NCBI GenBank assembly: GCA_027306885.1 | Contig: DAHUYV010000041.1 | Span: forward strand, 1 to 54,328 | DNA: 54,328 nt | DNA from: Candidatus Dormiibacterota bacterium | GTDB taxonomy: Bacteria > Chloroflexota > Dormibacteria > Aeolococcales > Bog-877 | Direction of reading: 5' to 3' | Shown: positions 1-8,581 of the stretch, one piece after another | Numbering within the stretch: the first letter of the stretch is position 1 | How the letters are laid out: each line of letters begins with the position of its first letter | Position numbers and translations under genes: made by a program | The notes under the pieces: generated by a model | Database searches by the model: none | Told to the model about the DNA's origin: nothing | The model's input: the letters and a program-made list of their open reading frames with translations, nothing else

Positions 1-2
1 TG

Positions 3-596
3 GTGGGAGTGGTGGACAGGGCCTCCCGCCGCCCCGACCGGCCTCTCAGCGCTCGCGAGGTTCCGGTGCTCCTGGCCTTCTCCGCCGTCTGGGCAGGGGG
101 CGAGGCGCTGATCTCGGGACCGGGGCTGCCCCTGGCCTCCCACCGTTCCCCCGAAGCGGCAGCGGCCGTGTCCGAGGCGTGTGGCCGGCGGGTGGAGCTG
201 GCAGACCAGGGGGCCCCGGCCTTCGACGACTCCCCGATCCACCTGATCAGCGTTCCGACCCTCCGCCAGCTGCAAGGGGAGCTGGCGGAGGAGGTGGACC
301 CCCGACGGTTCCGGGCCAACGTCTACCTCGATGGTGGCGAGCTGGAGGCCGGCGAGGAGTCGCGCTGGACGGGGCAGGTGCTGGAAGCCGGACGGGCCGC
401 TCTGGTCGTCCTGGGGGACTGTCCGAGGTGCGCTGTGACCACGAGGGAGCCCGGCCATCCGGAGCGGGAGTGGCCCGGACTGCTGCGACATCTGGTTGAG
501 CGCCGGGCCCAGGTCATGGGGGTGTACGCCAAGGTGGGGGCTCCTGGCCCGCTTCACGCGGGAGATCCCGTGCGCGTCATAAGCGGGGTCGCCTGA
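3..596 (+). CDS. MOSC domain-containing protein (5' end outside window)
   Basis: FDDSPIHLIS, DPRRFRANVYL and CPRCAVTT (conserved Cys) MOSC motifs; C-terminal GDPV; ORF open at the window edge. Confidence 0.85.
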   Translation: MGVVDRASRRPDRPLSAREVPVLLAFSAVWAGGEALISGPGLPLASHRSPEAAAAVSEACGRRVELADQGAPAFDDSPIHLISVPTLRQLQGELAEEVDPRRFRANVYLDGGELEAGEESRWTGQVLEAGRAALVVLGDCPRCAVTTREPGHPEREWPGLLRHLVERRAQVMGVYAKVGAPGPLHAGDPVRVISGVA

Positions 597-645
597 GGCC
601 CTCGCCGCTTCGGCGGCCGATGCTGGCCTCCGTTACCCTCTTCCC

Positions 646-1050
646 ATGAGCATCGGCCTACCCTCGGCCGCCCCGGGGGCCAGCGGCGGTCCCGGGGGCG
701 CGGCCCCTCTCCTCGGCCTGGTCGGGGGCGACCTCTTGGTCCACTCCCGGGTCGCCGGGCTGGCCGCTCAGTTGGGCTGGAGCGCTGTGCCGGTACGCAA
801 CCGGGCCGAGGCCGAGAAGTGTCGGTTGCTCCTCTTCGATCTCAATCGCGAGGTGGGGTCACGGCTGGAGCTCCTCGCCGAGGTGGTGGGCGCCAACCCT
901 TCGCTCTCAACTGTCTGCTTCGGCGCCCATGTCGAGGTGGCGGGCTGGCGACCTCGGGCCCGGGCGCTCGGCGCCGGGGTATGCACCGTCAACAGCCGGC
1001 TGCTGGACGTCCTGCGACGCCAGCTGCCGATCGCGGCGGCGCCGCGGTGA
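646..1050 (+). CDS. Hypothetical protein, receiver (REC)-like fold
   Basis: DLLVHSRV...LLLFDLN...VCFGAHV...ARALGA pattern resembles stand-alone atypical receiver domains; TACCCT 6 nt upstream; GTGA overlap with next gene. Confidence 0.55.
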   Translation: MSIGLPSAAPGASGGPGGAAPLLGLVGGDLLVHSRVAGLAAQLGWSAVPVRNRAEAEKCRLLLFDLNREVGSRLELLAEVVGANPSLSTVCFGAHVEVAGWRPRARALGAGVCTVNSRLLDVLRRQLPIAAAPR

Positions 1051-2243
1051 GCAGCGTCGACCTGCACCGCCTGGCCCAGGAGATGGGCCCGCAGCTCGTC
1101 GAGGACCGGCGCCACCTGCACCGGCACCCTGACCTCTCGGGCGCGGAGCAGGCCACCGCGGCCTTCATTGGCCAGCGTCTCCGCCGACTTGGCTTGCAGC
1201 CCCGGGAGATGGTGGATGGTCGGGCGGTGGTGGCCGACATCGAGGGCGGCGCGGGCGCCGGACGACGCCTCTTGATTCGAGCCGACATCGACGCCTTGCC
1301 GATCCAGGAGCAGGGTCCGGAGCGGCCCTATCGCTCGGAGGTCCCCGGGGTGATGCACGCCTGCGGGCACGACGCTCATGTTGCGGTGGCCCTGGGGGTC
1401 GCCCGCGCCCTCTGCGAGCTGCGTCCTCAGCTGTCCGGCGGGGTGCGCCTCGTCTTCCAGCCGGCCGAGGAGACGGCGGGAGGTGCTGCCGAGATGATCG
1501 CTTCCGGAGCGATGGACGATCCGGTGGTGGAGGGGGCCCTCGGGCTGCACATCTGGAGCGGGGTTCCAGCCGGCCAGGTGGGGGTGAGGGACGGGGCGAT
1601 CTTCGCGTCGGCCGACGAGTTCTGGGTGGAGGTGAGGGGTCGCGGCGGCCACGGGGCGCTGCCCCACCAGGCGCTGGACCCGGTGCCGATCGCCAGCCTC
1701 CTGGTGCTCGCCCTCCAGACCCTGGTCTCGCGGGAGACCTCCCCGTTCGAGGCGGCGGTAGTTACCATCGGGAAAGTGCAGGGGGGCCAGGCCTTCAACG
1801 TGATCCCGGAGACCGTCCGGCTCACCGGTACTGTCCGGGCGTTCTCCGAGGAGCTGCGACTGCGCCTCCTGCGGCGCATCGGCGAGACTGCCGCCGGGAT
1901 CGCCGGCGCCTTCGGCGCCACGGCGGAGACCGTCCGCGGCGCCGGCTGCCCGCCGGTGGTGTGTGCGCCTGCCATGTCGAATCTGGTGCGCCGGGCGGTC
2001 GAGGCCAGCCCGGGCGCGGAGCTGGTCGAGCCCGACCCGATCACCGTGGGGGATGACTTCTCCCTCTTCCTCGAGCGGGCCCCCGGCTGCTACTTCCTCC
2101 TCGGGGCAGGCAACTCAGCCGCCGGGATCACCGCTCCCCACCACCACCCGGAATTCGATATCGACGAGTCCTGCCTCGCGGTGGGGGTGGAGGTGATGCT
2201 GAGGGCGGCGATGGAGTTCTGCCGGAGCGGCTCGGGGGCCTGA
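1047..2243 (+). CDS. M20 family amidohydrolase
   Basis: RADIDALP, MHACGHD, FQPAEE, GRGGHG, HHHPEF motifs; start moved to GTG 1047 overlapping the upstream TGA. Confidence 0.92.
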   Translation: MSSVDLHRLAQEMGPQLVEDRRHLHRHPDLSGAEQATAAFIGQRLRRLGLQPREMVDGRAVVADIEGGAGAGRRLLIRADIDALPIQEQGPERPYRSEVPGVMHACGHDAHVAVALGVARALCELRPQLSGGVRLVFQPAEETAGGAAEMIASGAMDDPVVEGALGLHIWSGVPAGQVGVRDGAIFASADEFWVEVRGRGGHGALPHQALDPVPIASLLVLALQTLVSRETSPFEAAVVTIGKVQGGQAFNVIPETVRLTGTVRAFSEELRLRLLRRIGETAAGIAGAFGATAETVRGAGCPPVVCAPAMSNLVRRAVEASPGAELVEPDPITVGDDFSLFLERAPGCYFLLGAGNSAAGITAPHHHPEFDIDESCLAVGVEVMLRAAMEFCRSGSGA

Positions 2244-2244
2244 G

Positions 2245-2460
2245 ATGCTGTTCAACCCACCGCCGCCAAGCTGCGAACATTGTGGCGACGACCCCGCGAC
2301 CTGGACGACCCTGGAGGGGCCGGACCAGCTCGTCTCCCTGGGTGACGGCCGCCAGGTGACGCGGCGGGGCCGGGGCCACGTCTGCGGGCGATGCGGCCAC
2401 ACGGTTCCGGTCGGCTGTGAGGGGATACACCAGGGGATGCTGGAGCTGAGCACGGGATGA
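2245..2460 (+). CDS. Small putative zinc-ribbon protein
   Basis: 71 aa with CEHC...CGRC; fills the gap exactly (1 nt after upstream stop, ATGA overlap downstream). Confidence 0.6.
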   Translation: MLFNPPPPSCEHCGDDPATWTTLEGPDQLVSLGDGRQVTRRGRGHVCGRCGHTVPVGCEGIHQGMLELSTG

Positions 2461-3212
2461 CCGAGAGCGCGAGCCGGCCCGAGCGCGAGATTGGGCCGGT
2501 GCGAGTCCGCGACGCCACCCGGCCTTCGCCCCGTCAGCTGGTGCGCTTCGCCTTCTACCGCCTGGACCCGGCCTGGCGCCGACTCGACCCCGCCGAGCGC
2601 GGGGCCCAGCGCGACGAGTTCGCTTCCCGCCTCGCCGAGCACCATCGGCAACTCCTCCTGCGGAGCTACACCCTGGTGGGGACCAGGGGCGACTGCGACC
2701 TCATGCTCTGGGCGGTCAGCGAAGAGGTGGAGCGCCTGCAGGCGCTGTTCGTCGACCTCAACCGCACCAGGCTGGCCGGGTACCTGGAATGCGCTCACAG
2801 CTACACCGCCATGACCAAGCGCTCCAGCTACGTGGACGCTGAGCACCCGCAGCAGGGGGGCACGACCGACCGGCTGGTCCTGGCCCCGGGCTCGCGCCGC
2901 TACCTGTTCGTCTACCCGTTCGTGAAGACCAGGGCTTGGTGGGCGCTCTCCGAGGAGGAGCGGCAGCGGATGATGCAGGAGCACATCCGGGTGGGGCACC
3001 GGTACCCCAGCGTCAAGATCAACACGACCTACTCATTTGGTCTGGACGACCAGGAGTTCGTGGTCGCCTTCGAGACCGACAGCGCCGCGGACTTCCTCGA
3101 CTGCGTCCAGGCGCTGCGCGACACCGAGGCCTCGTCGTACACCCTGCGCGACGTGCCCAGCTTCACCTGCGTCCGAGCCTCGTTCGAAGAGGCGGTGGCG
3201 GCGCTGGGTTGA
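2457..3212 (+). CDS. Chlorite dismutase family protein, likely coproheme decarboxylase (ChdC/HemQ-like)
   Basis: YPFVKT, MMQEHIRVG (proximal His), NTTYSFGLDDQEFVVAFE; no obvious distal Arg of true Cld. Confidence 0.8.
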   Translation: MTESASRPEREIGPVRVRDATRPSPRQLVRFAFYRLDPAWRRLDPAERGAQRDEFASRLAEHHRQLLLRSYTLVGTRGDCDLMLWAVSEEVERLQALFVDLNRTRLAGYLECAHSYTAMTKRSSYVDAEHPQQGGTTDRLVLAPGSRRYLFVYPFVKTRAWWALSEEERQRMMQEHIRVGHRYPSVKINTTYSFGLDDQEFVVAFETDSAADFLDCVQALRDTEASSYTLRDVPSFTCVRASFEEAVAALG

Positions 3213-3246
3213 GGCTGGGCGGAAGGTTTTGCCTGGAGCGGGCGCC

Positions 3247-4038
3247 ATGGTGAGAGAAACCGTGCCGGAGGTCTTCCTGCTCTGCCGGCCGCAGATCGAC
3301 CTGGAGGCGATGGCGGGGTACCTGGACGCGGTGGGTGGGAGGTCGTGGCTCGACCGCCGGCTCGAGGAGTCCGCCGGGTCGCCCAACCACGCCGAGCTCC
3401 TGGTGGAGTTCGCCGGCCGAGCCTGCTATCGCAGCTGGGAGCCGGGACTCAACCCCAACGTCAGCAAGGTTCGTCGGGACCAGCGCGCCTACTTCCTCAA
3501 TCTGCTCCAGAGCGGGCACGGCAGCGTGCTGGAGCACGCGAACTACACCTTCGCGCTTCACAACGTGAGCCGGGTGGCGACCCACGAGATCGTCCGCCAC
3601 CGGGCGGGGGCCGCCTACAGCCAGGAGAGCCTGCGCTACGTGCGCCTGGTGGACATCGGCTTCCGGGTGCCCCCGGCGCTGGAGCCGGTGCGGCAGCGCT
3701 GCCTCCAGATCGTGGAGCAGCTGGAGGAGCTCCAGGTGGAGCTGGCGAGCCAGCTGGGGATCGACAAGGACGGCGTGCCCTTCCACGTGAAGAAGGAGGT
3801 GACGTCGGCGCTCCGGCGGCTGGCCCCGATCGGCCTCAGCACCGAGCTGGTGCTGACCATGAACCTGCGCACCCTGCGGCACGTCGTGGAGATGCGCACC
3901 GCGCCGGGAGCCGAGGAGGAGATGCGCCTCATCTTCTCCCGGGTCGCCGAGATCATGGTCACCGAGGCCTCGGGGGTGTTCCAGGACTTCCACCGGCACG
4001 AGGACGGCAGCTGGGTTGCCGACCACCAGAAGGTCTGA
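3247..4038 (+). CDS. thyX: FAD-dependent thymidylate synthase
   Basis: GHGSVLEH and the RHR-x7-S motif (EIVRHRAGAAYSQESLRY), MNLRTLRH; start at ATG 3247. Confidence 0.93.
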   Translation: MVRETVPEVFLLCRPQIDLEAMAGYLDAVGGRSWLDRRLEESAGSPNHAELLVEFAGRACYRSWEPGLNPNVSKVRRDQRAYFLNLLQSGHGSVLEHANYTFALHNVSRVATHEIVRHRAGAAYSQESLRYVRLVDIGFRVPPALEPVRQRCLQIVEQLEELQVELASQLGIDKDGVPFHVKKEVTSALRRLAPIGLSTELVLTMNLRTLRHVVEMRTAPGAEEEMRLIFSRVAEIMVTEASGVFQDFHRHEDGSWVADHQKV

Positions 4039-4060
4039 GTCCGTGCCGTACGATGCCGGC

Positions 4061-4660
4061 ATGAAGGCTTTCAGACGGCCGCTGGACCCCCGGGTCGCCG
4101 CCGACCCTGGTCGGCTCCCCCCCGGGCAGGTGCTCACCGAGAAGTGGCCGGTGCTGCACTACGGGTCGGTCCCGCACTACGACGTGGGGAGTTGGCGGCT
4201 GCGGGTCCACGGGGCGGTGGAGCGAGAGCTTTCGCTCTCCTACCAGGAGATCCTGGATTCGCCCTCTCGGGAGGTGGTCTGCGACATCCACTGTGTCACC
4301 ACCTGGAGCCGTTTCGACAACCACTTCGTCGGGCTGCCCCTGGCCGACCTGGCGGAGATGGCTGGAGTCCTGCCTTCGGCGCGGTTCGTGGAGTTCCACT
4401 GCCACGCCGGCTTCACCACCTCGGTGCCCCTGGGGTACGCCACCGCCCAGGACGCCCTCGTCGCCTATCAGCACGACGGTGTCCCGCTGGCGCCGGAGCA
4501 CGGCTATCCGCTGCGGGCGGTGCTGCCCCGCAAGTACTTCTGGAAAAGCGCCAAGTGGCTGGAGGGGGTGGAGTTCCTGGAGTCGGACCGGCTGGGCTTC
4601 TGGGAGCGCAACGGCTACAACAACAGCGCCGATCCCTGGAGGGAGGAGCGGTACTGGTGA
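4061..4660 (+). CDS. Sulfite oxidase-like molybdopterin oxidoreductase (YuiH-like)
   Basis: RLPPGQ...KWPVLH, DIHCVTTWS (Mo-ligating Cys), EHGYPLR, YFWKSAKW, GFWERNGY. Confidence 0.9.
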   Translation: MKAFRRPLDPRVAADPGRLPPGQVLTEKWPVLHYGSVPHYDVGSWRLRVHGAVERELSLSYQEILDSPSREVVCDIHCVTTWSRFDNHFVGLPLADLAEMAGVLPSARFVEFHCHAGFTTSVPLGYATAQDALVAYQHDGVPLAPEHGYPLRAVLPRKYFWKSAKWLEGVEFLESDRLGFWERNGYNNSADPWREERYW

Positions 4661-4723
4661 CGGGGGCAGGCGCTAGACTGGTGTAGTCGGGCAGGTCCCA
4701 TTCCAGTTCGAGGGAAAGCATCC

Positions 4724-5086
4724 ATGATCAGTGTTTCCGAGCCGGCGGTGAGCCAGCTGAAGGCTCTCTTGGCCCAGCAGGAGAATCCCGAGATGGGGCT
4801 CCGAGTCTACGTGTCCCCGGGAGGTTGCTCGGGCTTCAGCTACGGGATGGGCTTCGATGACTCGCCCGCCGGTGATGACGAGGTCACCGAGCAGGAGGGG
4901 ATCAAGGTCTTCGTTGACCCCTACAGCGCCACCTACCTTGAGGGGGCGGAGATCGACTACGTCGACAGCCTCATGGGGGGTGGCTTCACCGTCCACAACC
5001 CTCAGGCGGTGCGCACCTGCTCCTGCGGCAGCTCGTTCGACGCCGGGGACGGGGCGGGCGCGGCCAAGTCCTGCAGCGCGGTCTGA
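4724..5086 (+). CDS. A-type Fe-S cluster carrier (HesB/IscA/ErpA family)
   Basis: GGCSGFSY and CSCGSSF motifs; purine-rich RBS upstream. Confidence 0.93.
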   Translation: MISVSEPAVSQLKALLAQQENPEMGLRVYVSPGGCSGFSYGMGFDDSPAGDDEVTEQEGIKVFVDPYSATYLEGAEIDYVDSLMGGGFTVHNPQAVRTCSCGSSFDAGDGAGAAKSCSAV

Positions 5087-5107
5087 TCTGATCGAGGGCC
5101 GGGAGGC

Positions 5108-5470
5108 GTGATCCTGGCCCATCAGAGGCTGGCGTTCGCGCTCATCCTCCTCGGCCTGGTCGGGGCCGGGTGGGGCTTCTGGGGCTGGGGGCGGAAGGGG
5201 GCGATCTCCTCCGCTCTGCGCGCCTTCCTGCTTCTCTGCGAGGCGGTGGTCCTGCTCCAGGGGCTCTTCGGCATGGTGCTCCTGGCCCAGGGCTACCGCC
5301 CCCACAACCTCGGCTTCCACCTGATGTACGGCGTCATCAGCGCCCTCGTGATCCCGGTGGTCTGGGTGCTCAGCTCGCGCCGCAATCCCCGGTCGGAGGC
5401 CCTCTACATGAGCCTTGGGGCCCTGCTCTTCGCCGGGGTGACGTTCCGGGCCCTGGCGGTGGCGGGCTGA
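5108..5470 (+). CDS. Hypothetical 4-TM membrane protein
   Basis: Four hydrophobic segments, HLMYG motif, GGAGG RBS before GTG. Confidence 0.75.
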   Translation: MILAHQRLAFALILLGLVGAGWGFWGWGRKGAISSALRAFLLLCEAVVLLQGLFGMVLLAQGYRPHNLGFHLMYGVISALVIPVVWVLSSRRNPRSEALYMSLGALLFAGVTFRALAVAG

Positions 5471-5506
5471 CCGTCTCCTTCGGCGGGTGAGGCTGGCCCC
5501 GACTCT

Positions 5507-6469
5507 GTGAGCGATCTACGGCTCACCGTGCTCGCCGGGGGGGTGGGAGCCGCCCGCTTCATCGCTGGCTTGGTGGAGGCGGCCCCCAGGGCCGAGATCA
5601 CCGTCGTGGGCAACACCGGGGACGACTTCCTCGTCCACGGTCTGCACGTCAGCCCCGATCTGGACACCGTCACCTACACCCTTTCCGGCCGCGCCGACGA
5701 GGTCCGCGGCTGGGGACTGGCCGGGGAGACGTGGGCCACCCTCTCACGCCTTCGGGAGCTGGGGGCCGAGACCTGGTTCCAGCTGGGGGACCTGGACCTC
5801 GCCACCCACCTGCGCCGGACGGCCCTGCTGCAGGCGGGATGGCCGCTCTCGGCGGTGACCGCCGAGCTCTGCCAGCGCCTTTCGGTGCCCGTCCGCCTCA
5901 TCCCGATGTCGGACCAACCGGTCACGACCCGGGTCCATCTGGAGGACGGCCGCGACCTGCACCTGCAGGAGTACCTGGTCCGGGAGGAAGCGACGCCGCC
6001 CATCCGCTCGGTGGAGTTCCAAGGGGTGGGGGAGGCCTCGCCCGGGCCGGGAGTGCTGGAGGCGATCTCCGGGGCCGACCTGGTGCTCATCGCCCCCAGC
6101 AACCCCGTGATCTCGATTGGGCCGATCCTGGCAGTCCCCGGGGTGCGCTCCGCGGTGGTGGCGGCCCGCCGGGTGGCCGCGGTCAGCCCGATCATCGCCG
6201 GAAGGGCGATCAAGGGGCCGGCGGTGGCGATGATGCTCGCCGAGGGGCTGCCGGCCTCGGCGCTCGGGGTGGCGCTCGCCTACCGGGAGCTCATCGACCT
6301 GATGGTGATCGACGGGGCGGACTCGGGGCTCGCCGCCGAGATCAGCGCCCTCGGGCCGCGGGTGCACAGCTGCCCCACCCTCATGACCGACCAGGGGGCC
6401 CGACGGCGGCTGGCCACGGAGGTGCTGCGGGCGGCCGGCGTCACACCGGCAGCCGGCGGGAGGGGATGA
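5507..6469 (+). CDS. cofD: 2-phospho-L-lactate transferase (F420 biosynthesis)
   Basis: LAGGVGAARF, NTGDD, SPDLDTV, WFQLGDLDLATH, PSNPVISIGPIL. Confidence 0.93.
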   Translation: MSDLRLTVLAGGVGAARFIAGLVEAAPRAEITVVGNTGDDFLVHGLHVSPDLDTVTYTLSGRADEVRGWGLAGETWATLSRLRELGAETWFQLGDLDLATHLRRTALLQAGWPLSAVTAELCQRLSVPVRLIPMSDQPVTTRVHLEDGRDLHLQEYLVREEATPPIRSVEFQGVGEASPGPGVLEAISGADLVLIAPSNPVISIGPILAVPGVRSAVVAARRVAAVSPIIAGRAIKGPAVAMMLAEGLPASALGVALAYRELIDLMVIDGADSGLAAEISALGPRVHSCPTLMTDQGARRRLATEVLRAAGVTPAAGGRG

Positions 6470-7101
6470 CGGTGGACCCCTGGCTGGTGATCCCGGTGAA
6501 GGCTCCTCTGGGAAGCAAGCAGCGGCTGGCGGCGCGGGTTCCCGAGCACCAGCGCCGGCTGCTCAGCTCGGTGATGGCGCGCAGGGTTGTGCGCACCGCG
6601 GCCGAGGCCTGGCCCCGGGGCGCGCTGGTGGTCGTCACCACCGACCCGGAGCTGGCCGCGCTCTGCCGTCGGCTCGAGGTGGCGGTCCTGCAGGACCCCG
6701 GGTCGGGACAGACGGCCGCCGTCCAGTCCGGCGCGTACCACGCCCTGGAGCGCGGCGCCGAGGTGGTGGCCACCCTGGCCGCCGACCTTCCCCGGCTCAC
6801 GGCGGAGGACCTCCGGGCGCTGCTGGCGGCGGCCCGGCGCATCGCCCCGGGCACCATGGTCCTGATCCCCGACCTAGGCGGCAGCGGCAGCAACGGCATG
6901 GTGGTGCGACCCGGCACCATCCTGCTCCACGCCTTCGGGCCGGACTCTCGGCGCCGCCACCTGGAGCGGGCGCGGGCGCTGGGGCTGCGGGTGAGGGAGC
7001 TCCGCCGGACCGGCCTGGCTCGCGATCTGGACCGCCCCGGAGACCTCCTGGGCCTGGGTGGAGCGGAGGCCGCCCTTGCCGTGGAGCCGGGTGATGGCTG
7101 A
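6466..7101 (+). CDS. cofC: 2-phospho-L-lactate/PEP guanylyltransferase (F420 biosynthesis)
   Basis: IPVK...KQRL, ADLP, GSNG, FGPDSRRRH, DLDRPGDL; ATGA overlap with cofD. Confidence 0.85.
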   Translation: MTVDPWLVIPVKAPLGSKQRLAARVPEHQRRLLSSVMARRVVRTAAEAWPRGALVVVTTDPELAALCRRLEVAVLQDPGSGQTAAVQSGAYHALERGAEVVATLAADLPRLTAEDLRALLAAARRIAPGTMVLIPDLGGSGSNGMVVRPGTILLHAFGPDSRRRHLERARALGLRVRELRRTGLARDLDRPGDLLGLGGAEAALAVEPGDG

Positions 7102-7879
7102 GCCGGCCCGGCCGATCGTCCGCGGCCGGCGCCTCCAATGCTGGGCGGTGGGTGGGCTGCCGGAGCTGGACCCCGGCGCCGACCTCGCCGCCCTGGGGGC
7201 GATGTCGCTGGCGGCGGCGGGGGGGCTGGAGCCGTTCGACGTGGTGGTCGTCACCAGCAAGGTGGTCTCAAAGGCCGAGGGGCGGGTCACCCAGCTCAGC
7301 GCGGTGCGGCCCACCTCAAAGGCTCAGGAGGTGGCGGCCCGTACCGGTCACGACCCGAGGATGGTCCAGGTGATCCTGGAGGAGAGCCGCCGGGTGATCC
7401 GGGCCCAGCCGGGCCTGCTGGTCACGGAGACGTCCCAGGGGCTGGTCTGCGCCAACGCCGGCGTGGACCGCAGCAACGTTGCCGGGGGCGAGGCGGTCCT
7501 CCGCCTGCCGCTCGATCCCGACGCCTCGGCGCAACGGCTCCGGGATGCCTGGCTCCACCTGGCCGGGGAGGGGCCGCTGGGGGTCGTGGTCTCGGACACC
7601 TTCGGGCGCCCGTTTCGCGAGGGGGCGGTGAACGTGGCGATCGGGGTCGCGGGCATGCCGGCGCTGTCCGACCACCGGGGCCGACTCGATCCCCGGGGAT
7701 ACCTTCTCCATGCCTCCACGATCGGCACCGCCGACGAGGTCGCCGGCCTTGGCGAGCTGGTGATGGGCAAGCTGGACGGCCTCCCGCTGGCCGTGGTCCG
7801 GGGCCTGCGCTGGGAGGGTGGGGCGACGACCGCGGCCGCGCTGCAACGCGATCCCGCCCGAGACGCGTTCAGATCCTGA
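7094..7879 (+). CDS. cofE: Coenzyme F420-0:L-glutamate ligase
   Basis: SKVVSKAEGR, CANAGVDRSN, LPLDPDASA, SDTFGRPFREG, ADEVA, DAFR C-terminus; no fused nitroreductase domain. Confidence 0.92.
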   Translation: MAEPARPIVRGRRLQCWAVGGLPELDPGADLAALGAMSLAAAGGLEPFDVVVVTSKVVSKAEGRVTQLSAVRPTSKAQEVAARTGHDPRMVQVILEESRRVIRAQPGLLVTETSQGLVCANAGVDRSNVAGGEAVLRLPLDPDASAQRLRDAWLHLAGEGPLGVVVSDTFGRPFREGAVNVAIGVAGMPALSDHRGRLDPRGYLLHASTIGTADEVAGLGELVMGKLDGLPLAVVRGLRWEGGATTAAALQRDPARDAFRS

Positions 7880-7914
7880 CCCCGGCGTCCGCCCGCTTGG
7901 TTTAAGTTAGGGCG

Positions 7915-8553
7915 ATGGACACCCTCGCGGTCCGGGTGCTGCTCTTCTCCACCCTGCGCCAGCAGGCGCACGTCGCCGAGCTGGAACTGCAGGTCGCGCC
8001 CGGGGGGACGATCTCCGCCTGCTGGGACGAGCTCTGCCGGCTCCACCCCACCCTCGCGCCCCAGCGAGGCTCGGTGCGCCCAGCGCTCAACCGGGAGTAC
8101 TCGGGCTGGGACCAGGTGGTCGCCTCGGGCGACGAGCTCGCCTTCCTTCCCCCGGTCTCGGGCGGCGCACCCCTGGCCCGGGTGCGAGTGGGGCCGGAGG
8201 AGATCGACGTGGCGGCGATGCAGGCCGAGGTCGGGCTGCGGGGGATGGGCGCGGTGGCCACCTTCGTCGGGGTGGTGCGCGACCCCGATGAGGGCCGCCC
8301 GGTGAGCCACCTCACCTACGAGGCCTACCCGGAGATGGCGGAGGCAGAGCTGGCGCGGATCGCCGATGAGGCCCTGCGCCAGGAGGGGGTGGGAGAGGTG
8401 CTGGTGCACCACCGCACCGGCCGGGTGGAGCGAGGGGTGGCCTCCGTGGCGGTCGTGGTGAGCGCCTCCCATCGGCACCAGGCGCTCTCCGCCTGCACCC
8501 GGGTGATCGACGATCTGAAGGAGCGTGCACCGATATGGAAGGTGGCCGACTGA
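7915..8553 (+). CDS. Fused molybdopterin synthase MoaD-MoaE
   Basis: N-terminal MoaD ending in internal PPVSGG, then MoaE motifs GAVATFVGVVR, YEAYPEMA, HRTG, LKERAPIWK. Confidence 0.9.
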   Translation: MDTLAVRVLLFSTLRQQAHVAELELQVAPGGTISACWDELCRLHPTLAPQRGSVRPALNREYSGWDQVVASGDELAFLPPVSGGAPLARVRVGPEEIDVAAMQAEVGLRGMGAVATFVGVVRDPDEGRPVSHLTYEAYPEMAEAELARIADEALRQEGVGEVLVHHRTGRVERGVASVAVVVSASHRHQALSACTRVIDDLKERAPIWKVAD

Positions 8554-8581
8554 TCTCGCGGCACTGGTAGACTCGGAGGCC

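Noticed and set aside
2457-3212. True chlorite dismutase (perchlorate respiration)
   Set aside because: No signal peptide or evident distal Arg and no pcr genes; motifs fit the ChdC-like branch
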